The notes: generated by a model from the sequence alone, not told the origin. A stretch of 49,058 nucleotides of DNA from a virus (IMGVR_UViG_3300033485_000022:1-49058); one strand, 5' to 3'. Shown: positions 28,415 to 36,136, counted from the stretch's first letter. Translations and numbers: made by a program.

Positions 28415-29203
28415 TCATAGCCCGGTCTTGTTGAACCCATCCTCCTCGACCCCCAGATTCTCCGGCTCCTGTTTATCAGGCACCGGCTCGAATCGGCTGA
28501 GGGCGAACCAATTTTGCACCGTATCGAGCCGGTCCTTGAACACGGCGACTGGCACACTGTAGTTGATCCCGGCTCCCGGCACCCCGGCGACAAGGACGCC
28601 AATGACCTCGCCGCGGGTATTGAACACAGGACCCCCGGAGTTACCGGGGTTTGCCGAAGCGTCGGACTGGAAAGTCACCCGCCAGCCATACCCATACCCG
28701 CCCGGCTTGGTGCCATCGAGGTCCCGCTGCATCGCGCTGAGGATACCGAGGCTGACACTATTGAAATTGGCCTTGCCGAGCGGCGAGCCCATGATAAAAA
28801 GTGGGTCCCCGACACGCATGGTGGTCAGATCAGCGAGCTTGGCCGCGGGGAGCCGCACGCCGGCAGGCAGATCGAGGAGCAGGAACGCAACGTCGTTGTC
28901 CTTGTCCTCAAGGGCGTACTTCACGGGGTAACTCTTGCCGTCATCGAGGGTGACCATATAAGTCCCCGGCATGTGATCGGTGACATGTTTGGCGGTGAAT
29001 ACGATGCCGTCCTCGCTGACGATACACCCGGAGCCCTCGCACTCGCCCTGCTTCTCAACGTGGACGACAGTGGAGCGGACCTGTTCGACCTGCGGGGCGA
29101 TGCCCTGGGGGCCGGCATGGTAGTCGGGGATGCTGGCCCCAAGAACGAGGGCGATGACACAGATTACGACGAGTGGTGCGTACTGGCGCATGGTGTCCTC
29201 CAT
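28415..29203 (-). CDS. Trypsin-like serine protease (S1C/HtrA-like, no PDZ domain), exported
   Basis: GSG..IVFTAKHV, DVAFL, ANPGNSGGPVFN..GEVIGV; N-terminal hydrophobic segment. Confidence 0.92.
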   Translation of the reverse strand: MEDTMRQYAPLVVICVIALVLGASIPDYHAGPQGIAPQVEQVRSTVVHVEKQGECEGSGCIVSEDGIVFTAKHVTDHMPGTYMVTLDDGKSYPVKYALEDKDNDVAFLLLDLPAGVRLPAAKLADLTTMRVGDPLFIMGSPLGKANFNSVSLGILSAMQRDLDGTKPGGYGYGWRVTFQSDASANPGNSGGPVFNTRGEVIGVLVAGVPGAGINYSVPVAVFKDRLDTVQNWFALSRFEPVPDKQEPENLGVEEDGFNKTGL

Positions 29204-29220
29204 GTGCGGCTGTGCCGCGG

Positions 29221-29562
29221 TTACTGGACCAGTTCAACCAAAAATCCGAGACCGTTGTTCACGTCGGTCGTGTAGTGCAGAGTCGTGTACCCGGCCGGAA
29301 TCTGAATCTCGATGCTGTGGTACAGCGGACAGACCCAGCGCACGTTGCCGTCGGTCGCCACGGTTGCCAGGCCGAATCGGAATCCGCCGGTGATGTAGGC
29401 GGTGAATCGGTAGCGGGACCCGGCCGTGACCGTGGCCGTGGTCTCCGTACCCGCTGTGGCCTGTGTGAGCTTGAGGGCGGTCTGCGTTACTTTCGGTTGA
29501 CTGGACTCCGGGGACGGTGAACTGCGAAACCCGGTATTGTCAACACCAATCGCCGTCGTCAT
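29221..29562 (-). CDS. Hypothetical beta-rich protein
   Basis: GGAGG RBS; ATGA overlap. Confidence 0.55.
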   Translation of the reverse strand: MTTAIGVDNTGFRSSPSPESSQPKVTQTALKLTQATAGTETTATVTAGSRYRFTAYITGGFRFGLATVATDGNVRWVCPLYHSIEIQIPAGYTTLHYTTDVNNGLGFLVELVQ

Positions 29563-29747
29563 ACTGCCTCCTGTACAAAAAGACTACATGCGGCATCGTC
29601 TTTATCTGTGATCGACCGTTTCCAGAACGCCGGGTTTTCGACATCGTGCGTCCGGTCAATGACAAACACCGGAGGATTGGCGAAACATTGCCCGGTGTCT
29701 ATGTTTGGGGACTTGTCAAAATAGATACAATCTTTGCACTGAGACAT
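29559..29747 (-). CDS. Small Cys-rich protein
   Basis: CKDC..GQC..PP..W..C pattern common in phage small proteins. Confidence 0.6.
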   Translation of the reverse strand: MSQCKDCIYFDKSPNIDTGQCFANPPVFVIDRTHDVENPAFWKRSITDKDDAACSLFVQEAV

Positions 29748-29802
29748 GGTTTCACCGTCTTAGGGCATTTTTTTTTCTCCCCTGTGACCGGATTGCGCGC
29801 TC

Positions 29803-29875
29803 AGACCCCCCATACCTTACCGGGTTAATAGAAAGAGGGGGGCTCCCCTCACTAACCCGGTATGGTATGGGGGGT
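29803..29875. repeat. Long imperfect palindrome made of two copies (A, B) of the CCCCCCATACC(A/T)TACCGGGTTA motif
   Basis: 29803-29827 pairs with 29853-29875; inner GAGGGG/CCCCTC stem. Confidence 0.9.
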
Positions 29876-29970
29876 GCAGGGGTTGATTCCGAGGCTTGGG
29901 GCTGGATAATCTGCTACATCTGTAGTAGGTGTGTGCGGATCGTAGCGGTTATACCATGTAGGTGGTGTGG

Positions 29971-30171
29971 TTATCGGGGTTGTATGAACTGTAGCATTTC
30001 ACGCTGGGGGGTGCCGGGGAATGAGGTCTCCACGGCCCCGGTCTGGGTATCGAGGCGGAATACGATGTTGCCGCTGTCGGTGACGGCGATCTGGTAGCGG
30101 CTGGGTGCGACAGCCCCGGCGGCGAGGGCGAGGGCGATGCCTACGGCGATTCCGATGACGAGATTACGCAT
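29971..30171 (-). CDS. Small exported/membrane protein
   Basis: Hydrophobic N-terminus; RYQI..VFRLDTQTG. Confidence 0.6.
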   Translation of the reverse strand: MRNLVIGIAVGIALALAAGAVAPSRYQIAVTDSGNIVFRLDTQTGAVETSFPGTPQREMLQFIQPR

Positions 30172-30492
30172 GTTGGGTCCTTTCTTTTGTCAGAAATATC
30201 GACCGATGTTTGTGACTTCCTTGAGCGTAAGTTCGTCCACACTTGCGCGTAAGTGAGGACGTTTGTACACGAAAGGTTTACATCTGCGCAAGTTGGCGTA
30301 CTATAAGTCGAGTTTCCGGCGCGGGAATAGTGGACGACTTATATCCAGAATTGAATTTTGGGGTCGCGGGGGAGGTCCAGGTACGAGGGGTCCCAGGCGG
30401 ATAAGGCAAGGGCAAGGGTACCACCGTGGGGGTCGCGCGTGCGTGCACGCTCCTATTCCAGACAGTGACACGCAATTAAATCCACAATCCAC

Positions 30493-30521
30493 TTGACGCA
30501 CAATACTCTATTGTGTATACT
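30493..30521 (+). promoter_or_regulatory. Sigma70-type early promoter P1 with palindromic spacer
   Basis: TTGACG-17 nt-TATACT; the spacer is CACAATA-ctc-TATTGTG. Confidence 0.85.
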
Positions 30522-30567
30522 CTGCATAGCTGGCAAGCAAACCAAAACCTTAATAAAGGGTGAAACC

Positions 30568-30903
30568 ATGAAAACCATTGCAACAATCTGGGAAGTCTGG
30601 ACGTATGACGTTTGGGGCAATGCCGAAGATGGATGGGAAGTCAACGACTGTTCGTGCATCGACCGACACTGCGAACTGGAATTGCTTGTTGAAACCTACA
30701 ACTACGGTACGCCCCGTGCGTTTGACGGTGCAAGCCCCACCGATGAGGATATCAAAGACGTACTAGGAATTAGGGCCGATGTCGCTATCGAAACCGACGG
30801 TGACGACTTGGCTATCTACGTCACGGCGGCCGATGACGGCTATCCTCTCGGCGAATTGCACTGCATTTCGCACAAGTCTTTGTCGCCTATCGAGGCCCAG
30901 TAG
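30568..30903 (+). CDS. Acidic early protein
   Basis: AGGGTGA RBS; YDVWGNAEDGWEVND motif; D/E-rich. Confidence 0.75.
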   Translation: MKTIATIWEVWTYDVWGNAEDGWEVNDCSCIDRHCELELLVETYNYGTPRAFDGASPTDEDIKDVLGIRADVAIETDGDDLAIYVTAADDGYPLGELHCISHKSLSPIEAQ

Positions 30904-30965
30904 CCACACTACGGCCGCACCATGAGGCGGCCGTAAGTGGCAATTGTGCCAATAGAGGGTGAAAT

Positions 30966-31073
30966 ATGGCTATCTACGTCAACAAATTGCACGCATGGTT
31001 ATTGTTCACCGGTCCGTATGTGTATCTCTGCCGAGATTTGCAAGGGTACTATCCGATGAGGAAATTGGCGTGA
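30966..31073 (+). CDS. Small early peptide (35 aa, not in the ORF track)
   Basis: GAGGGTGA RBS directly before the ATG. Confidence 0.5.
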   Translation: MAIYVNKLHAWLLFTGPYVYLCRDLQGYYPMRKLA

Positions 31074-31137
31074 GCATACGTGCAATCGCATGGGCAACTA
31101 TTATCGCAAGTATCATTCTATGGTAGGGGATAAAACT

Positions 31138-31323
31138 ATGCTGTATGCAATCAAGATCACTACAGGCGCATGGCGCATGCTGCGCAATAAGCGCGACGCA
31201 ATTCGATGGGCAAAACGTCTTGGCAAAGGTGCCGAAGTATGGGCGCATGCCGACATCCCAGAAGTAAACGTATGGGACTGGCCGACGTTCCGTATTAGCG
31301 CGAAACGTATCTATCCATTGTGA
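31138..31323 (+). CDS. Hypothetical early protein
   Basis: AGGGGA RBS before ATG 31138. Confidence 0.55.
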   Translation: MLYAIKITTGAWRMLRNKRDAIRWAKRLGKGAEVWAHADIPEVNVWDWPTFRISAKRIYPL

Positions 31324-31335
31324 GAGGGTGACAGT

Positions 31336-31806
31336 ATGCTTATCAGTGACACGCAACAACTCCGCGGCGCAAAAACGCAATACGGTAGTGACATCCAGAC
31401 GTATGACGATGGTTTCGGTCCGCTATGGATCATGCGGGACAGTATGGACATTATGGGCATTGTCCGCGCGCAGACATGGGAAGATGCCTACTCTATCTGT
31501 GAAGATGAGTTTTTCCCAGAGGCGGACGATACCATAGAGGAACTCATCGCGGAATATGGGCATAAGCGCGAGCATGTCCGCCGGCCCGATGGTACGTGGG
31601 ACACTATCGAAACTCCCGACGCTGACGCATGGTATGAAAACGAACTATTTCAAGAGGCATACGGGTTTCGCCCCAATGGTCCCAATGTGCGCGACAAGCG
31701 CGGACATGGTATCTACGCAAAAGACTTGAACGGTGAATATCTTGACGCATTGGGACCGGCATTGTTGGCGCAGTTGGGTATTGTACTGGACATCGTATCG
31801 GGGTGA
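31336..31806 (+). CDS. Acidic early protein
   Basis: GAGAGGGTGA RBS; 156-aa ORF. Confidence 0.7.
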   Translation: MLISDTQQLRGAKTQYGSDIQTYDDGFGPLWIMRDSMDIMGIVRAQTWEDAYSICEDEFFPEADDTIEELIAEYGHKREHVRRPDGTWDTIETPDADAWYENELFQEAYGFRPNGPNVRDKRGHGIYAKDLNGEYLDALGPALLAQLGIVLDIVSG

Positions 31807-31828
31807 TTGTGTCTATACGGGAGGCAAT

Positions 31829-31969
31829 ATGTCCGCAAACGAGTTTAACTATGAATGTGTATCGCGTACCATCGACCCGGCGATTGCACTGGAAAATGAA
31901 CACATTCGCGAGGCATTAGCGGCGCGAAACGATGACTACGTGCGGGAAGTGTTAGACACGGAGTTTTGA
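31829..31969 (+). CDS. Small acidic early protein
   Basis: GGAGG RBS; IDPAIALENE..REVLDTEF. Confidence 0.55.
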   Translation: MSANEFNYECVSRTIDPAIALENEHIREALAARNDDYVREVLDTEF

Positions 31970-32390
31970 TCGTGGGGGCGGTTCTGGCCGAAAAGTTATC
32001 CACAAGTTATCCACAATCGCCCCCGGAAAAATTCGCCCCCTAACTACAATCTGGAAAACCCCAACTATGAACAGCGCAGTTAGGGAGCAAAAACGGCCTT
32101 GACACTATCAATAACCCCTATTCTCCCTAACCTCCCTAACTAAAAGAGAAAAAAGAATAGAGTATAGAACAGTATGATAGTCATCACAAGAGAGAAAGAG
32201 AGAGACAAACCCTATGAGCGCGGCACCCTCTCCATAGTGAAACTGTTTGCGCGCGCTGTTTTGGTGGCTACGGGTTTTTGAGCTAATAATTTCAAAAAAC
32301 CCACGGCATACCATCAAAAACGGCGTTTCTAAGTAGGGGTGGCAAGCCACTTTTAGACCAGCAAGTTAGGGGGGGCAACGTCCAATAACA
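31970..32390. promoter_or_regulatory. Putative replication origin region
   Basis: Non-coding; tandem TTATCCACA at 31996-32004 and 32007-32015; five CCCTAAC/GTTAGGG copies; A-rich purine tract 32142-32210. Confidence 0.6.
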
Positions 32391-32773
32391 TAACCATGAG
32401 ACAGCTATACAAAAACAACGATGACTTTTTGTTGGCCGATGACGGGCAAACACCCCCCGCGGGATATATTCCCGTCGATTATTTACCGCCGGCCGCCGAT
32501 ACCATCCAATATTCATACCACTGGCTACGGGGTGACGGTTGCCATAAATCGACCCGATACGAACTCCTCAGAGAATCCGGCCCATTTCGAGTAGGCGGAC
32601 AACGCCAATACGTTCGCAAGCCCCGCAACCGCAACCGTCGGCGACTGCAGGCGCAACTCTACCGGGCGCGGCGACATTTGACTTGGTATGAAAAACTCCC
32701 GCTATGGCCGCCCGTTGTAGTTGCCCGTATAGCTGCGCTGCGAAAAAAGATCAACAAAATAAATACAGAACTC

Positions 32774-32802
32774 TTGACACCGGACCCACAATAGCGTATA
32801 CT
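32774..32802 (+). promoter_or_regulatory. Sigma70-type early promoter P2
   Basis: TTGACA-17 nt-TATACT; the spacer contains the CACAATA half-site. Confidence 0.88.
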
Positions 32803-32869
32803 ATAAACATGCTGGCAAGCAACCACGGCCCCCGATAACCGGGCGGCCACAATCTGAGAGGGTGAAGCA

Positions 32870-33556
32870 ATGTGCAGATACATCAGTTTCTTTCATCATC
32901 CTCAAACGCATGATGTTCTCGTGAGTGACTTGAACAGCCACGGGAACACCGAACGTGACTTGAAACTTGACCCCGATGGCCCATACCGCGAGGGCCATTA
33001 TCTGCCCGATGGTGAGATCGAATGTCGGCTTGCCGATGAGGATATAAAGGCGGGATGCACAACCGCCGACTGCGAAGCAGCCATACGGGCTAAATGGCCC
33101 ACGTTTAACGATTTCGAGGAGTGGGCGGACAGCATAGTAAACAATGAGGACACTATTTGTGAGCGTGAATACAATCAATTTCTCGAAAGTTGGGACGACT
33201 GGGGCGCGGACGATTTCCGCAAAGCCATTGCCCGCGCATTGGGCGCGGACGACGACGCCGACTTGGAAACCGCACTTGATGACGTGCCCGATAATGACTT
33301 GCGGAAACTCTATATGGATAACGCGGACAACCCATACTATTCCGACGGCGGCGGTTGTTACATACCGGATATCGAGCAAGCCGCAGCTAGCGTCACGCTT
33401 GACGACGTTCTGCCCGACTACGGCGCGGCCCTTGAGCGCGAAGTGTTGAGCAAGTCCCTACTGACCGGCACCCCGGACTTGTTCGGCGACGACATGCGGT
33501 GGTATTGGAACAATGAACCGCTTGAACTTGACACGGCCCGCGAACTTTTGGCCTAA
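32870..33556 (+). CDS. Highly acidic early protein
   Basis: GAGAGGGTGA RBS; 228 aa, strongly D/E-rich. Confidence 0.75.
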   Translation: MCRYISFFHHPQTHDVLVSDLNSHGNTERDLKLDPDGPYREGHYLPDGEIECRLADEDIKAGCTTADCEAAIRAKWPTFNDFEEWADSIVNNEDTICEREYNQFLESWDDWGADDFRKAIARALGADDDADLETALDDVPDNDLRKLYMDNADNPYYSDGGGCYIPDIEQAAASVTLDDVLPDYGAALEREVLSKSLLTGTPDLFGDDMRWYWNNEPLELDTARELLA

Positions 33557-33627
33557 CCCCCGGCCCCACCGCCGGGGACGGACCCCCGGCGCAACGGCCG
33601 GCGATTATGCCGATAGAGGGTGACAGT

Positions 33628-34194
33628 ATGAAACCGCTAAAACGTATCCGGTATTACACCATGAACAGTTGGAATTTGAGCACGGCCCCGGCATACAACC
33701 TGAAAATCCACCACGTCATCGACCGGGACCTACAGAACAAAGTTTTTGACCTTCTGGAAGTCGATGACTACCGCGCCGAAATAGGCGCACTTATCGCCGA
33801 CTTCGGCCGGGCGCACGGTTATGAGTGGCAAGCCGGTTTCAACGGGCGCAGCGGCGGGTATCTCGTGCTCTACCGGGGCGGCCAGAAGCCCAGCGGCCAT
33901 AAAAGCCACTGTACCCAATGCGGACAGCGGAATTTTCAGGCCGTGCCGGATGGTGAAACCGGCAAGTGCGGCCGTTGCGGGGCGGCGGCCCGCGTCAACG
34001 ATACCACCGTGCATATGGAAACGTTCAGCTACCCCGGCAAGGGCATCGAAGATAATGAAGTCCCCGGCCCCGTGTTGCGGGCATTTCGCCGGCTTGCGGT
34101 TTCCATTGTCAAGACCACGGAGGACATGGCGCGGACGTGCGAAGTATATGACGAGGAGTACACCGAAACTCATACCCGCAAGGCTATTCGATAG
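33628..34194 (+). CDS. Early protein with inserted zinc finger
   Basis: GAGGGTGA RBS; GFNGRSGGYLVLY; CTQC...CGRC. Confidence 0.7.
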   Translation: MKPLKRIRYYTMNSWNLSTAPAYNLKIHHVIDRDLQNKVFDLLEVDDYRAEIGALIADFGRAHGYEWQAGFNGRSGGYLVLYRGGQKPSGHKSHCTQCGQRNFQAVPDGETGKCGRCGAAARVNDTTVHMETFSYPGKGIEDNEVPGPVLRAFRRLAVSIVKTTEDMARTCEVYDEEYTETHTRKAIR

Positions 34195-34290
34195 CCCCCA
34201 CTGGCCCGGCCCGGCGGGGACCACCCGGACCCGGCCTGTAGTGACTATCAGCAACCGCCCGGATACTGGGCCAATATGAGAGGGTGAACC

Positions 34291-34473
34291 ATGCACAACG
34301 ACACAGAGCGCGCCCAATGGATCGACAACGACGAGGGCCTTTACAACTGGTGGCGCGGTAGCCGCCAGAGCAAGCGGGATTTCATCCGGGCCAACCGGGC
34401 GGACATCGACGCCGCGATTGACAACGTAGTCGGCGGACACAAGCCGGCGCACTATCTCGCCTATGGAGCGTGA
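34291..34473 (+). CDS. Small early protein
   Basis: GAGAGGGTGA RBS; WIDNDEGLYNWW. Confidence 0.7.
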   Translation: MHNDTERAQWIDNDEGLYNWWRGSRQSKRDFIRANRADIDAAIDNVVGGHKPAHYLAYGA

Positions 34474-34476
34474 ACC

Positions 34477-35103
34477 ATGTATATCCAGATAACCACCCGC
34501 TGTAATATGCACTGTGAGCATTGCTGTTATTCGTGCGGCAAACGGGGCCACGATATGAGCGCGGAGACCTACGCGGCGGCCTTAGCCTACGGTGATGAAT
34601 ACCTGAGCATTGGCGGCGGCGAACCCACGTTACACCCGCTATTCTGGCAATTTCTGGGACAAGCTATCGCTGCAGCGGAGACCGTTTGGCTTGCCACGAA
34701 CGGAAGCCAGACGGAAATTGCCCTTGCTCTCGCGAAGCTGGCCCGCAAGGGGGTAATCGGCTGCGCTCTGTCCCAAGACTGTTACCATGATGAGATTGAC
34801 GATAGGGTAGTCGATGCGTTCACGCGCGAGCCTCGCCCGTATGACTACATTGGCCGCGGCGATGCAGCGGACGGCCGCGAGATACGCGACGTGACCGGCA
34901 AGGAAATCAAGGCGGGCCGATGTCGGCATGGGTCCGATGACTGCCCGTGTAGTGACCTTATCGTCAAGCCCGATGGGCGCGTGTTCGCGTGCGGGTGTAA
35001 GCGCGCCCCGTGCTTCGGCAACATCACCGGTACGGTAACTATTCCCGACAACTGGGAAGTCGGTGAATGTTACCGGCAACAATCCGCGGCCCAGGCTGCA
35101 TAA
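34477..35103 (+). CDS. Radical SAM protein with Cys-rich SPASM/twitch-like C-terminus
   Basis: CNMHCEHC (CxxxCxxC), GGGEPTLHP, ATNG, C..LIVKPDGRVFAC..FGNI. Confidence 0.9.
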   Translation: MYIQITTRCNMHCEHCCYSCGKRGHDMSAETYAAALAYGDEYLSIGGGEPTLHPLFWQFLGQAIAAAETVWLATNGSQTEIALALAKLARKGVIGCALSQDCYHDEIDDRVVDAFTREPRPYDYIGRGDAADGREIRDVTGKEIKAGRCRHGSDDCPCSDLIVKPDGRVFACGCKRAPCFGNITGTVTIPDNWEVGECYRQQSAAQAA

Positions 35104-35113
35104 AGGTGAACCC

Positions 35114-35353
35114 ATGCAACTTGTTATTGTAGGTGATTACAACCGCTGGGGGTATTCGATTTTTGAGGCTGATACTGGCCGCGAAATTTATACCTCTGGC
35201 AATAGCCAGTATGATAGCGGTGCGAGCTTGGACCCCGGCACGCCGGGGGCTCTACCACTGCGAACGATCCGAAGCCATTGCATTGGTACCGCCCGCGAGA
35301 TCGCCGCCGAGTGCGGTGGGGTCTATGGGGGTGTTGAGAGGGGTGAAGAATGA
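35114..35353 (+). CDS. Hypothetical early protein
   Basis: AGGTGA RBS before ATG 35114. Confidence 0.6.
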   Translation: MQLVIVGDYNRWGYSIFEADTGREIYTSGNSQYDSGASLDPGTPGALPLRTIRSHCIGTAREIAAECGGVYGGVERGEE

Positions 35354-35580
35354 CCATTTACGAGCAATTGAAAGCCGCCGGCGTCCCGCTGGACCACCAC
35401 GAGAGCGACCTATACGCACGGGTAGAACCCAAGAGCCGTATGATTGTAGCGGCCAACTGCCCCAGTGCGAAAGTGTTCCGGTCCCAGATCGACGGCGAAC
35501 TTTGGTATGATATCCCGTTCGCCTATGATCCGTGGTGGGCTGAGCGGGGGTTAAAGTCGATACCACTGAATAACCGATAG
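35350..35580 (+). CDS. Hypothetical early protein
   Basis: GAGGGGTGA RBS; DHHESDLY...WYDIPFAY. Confidence 0.7.
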   Translation: MTIYEQLKAAGVPLDHHESDLYARVEPKSRMIVAANCPSAKVFRSQIDGELWYDIPFAYDPWWAERGLKSIPLNNR

Positions 35581-35625
35581 ATATTACTGCCCGGCGGGCG
35601 CGCATCTTGCCCTCACTGGGGCAAC

Positions 35626-35653
35626 GGTTTCGCCCTCATTGCTTGCCAGCATG
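35626..35653 (+). ncRNA. Candidate antisense element complementary to early leaders and RBS motif
   Basis: GGTTTCGCCCTCA-TTGCTTGCCAGCATG; the last 15 nt are the exact reverse complement of 32808-32822. Confidence 0.45.
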
Positions 35654-35704
35654 AGACACGTCACCGGCCGCCCGCTGGGTATTACCAGAGAGGAGACAGA
35701 GACT

Positions 35705-35866
35705 ATGACCGTAAGAGACGCCCTTACGCAGTTGATTGAAGAACTCGAAAAGCCTTGCATAACACGCGGGGATGCAATTCGCCGGGCGGGAATTGTTCAG
35801 TTAGCACGGACAATTCTTGGCTACCCGTCCCGCGAATCAATGGAGGGGGCCGATCATGCGGAGTAA
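35705..35866 (+). CDS. Hypothetical protein
   Basis: GAGGAG RBS before ATG 35705. Confidence 0.5.
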   Translation: MTVRDALTQLIEELEKPCITRGDAIRRAGIVQLARTILGYPSRESMEGADHAE

Positions 35867-36098
35867 AGAGGAACAGCGTGACATCGTGCCGAGCCAGAAG
35901 GCTCGCGACATCACCGATGTCCTGATTGCCCGCTACGGCTTGTTGTGGGCGGTCGAGATCGGCCAGCACATTCAGGCCCAGCTTGGCGCGGCGGTCGAGC
36001 AACAAAAGCGGCTGCACCCGGAAGATTGGGTACAACCGGCACAACCTGAACCGACACCGACGAAAAAAACCTTAACCATGCCCCGAATTGAGGCGTAG
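35856..36098 (+). CDS. Hypothetical protein
   Basis: GGAGG RBS before ATG 35856. Confidence 0.55.
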   Translation: MRSKEEQRDIVPSQKARDITDVLIARYGLLWAVEIGQHIQAQLGAAVEQQKRLHPEDWVQPAQPEPTPTKKTLTMPRIEA

Positions 36099-36127
36099 AC
36101 CCCCCATACCATACCGGGTTAGTGAGG
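36097..36127 (+). repeat. Third copy (C) of the CCCCCCATACCATACCGGGTTA motif
   Basis: 36099-36127 is the exact reverse complement of 29847-29875 (29 bp); 36097-36121 matches 29803-29827 at 24 of 25 bases. Confidence 0.92.
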
Positions 36128-36136
36128 AGAACAGTG

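Noticed and set aside
32038-32371. Telomere-like TTAGGG/CCCTAA repeats
   Set aside because: Dispersed, in both orientations and internal; better explained as iterons
32396-32794. 132-aa ORF after the origin region
   Set aside because: Weak RBS, no recognisable motif and overlap with promoter P2; it may be real but I cannot support it
35252-35605. Minus-strand 117-aa ORF preceded by GAGGGC
   Set aside because: Overlaps two plus-strand genes with good RBSs; no promoter or protein motif
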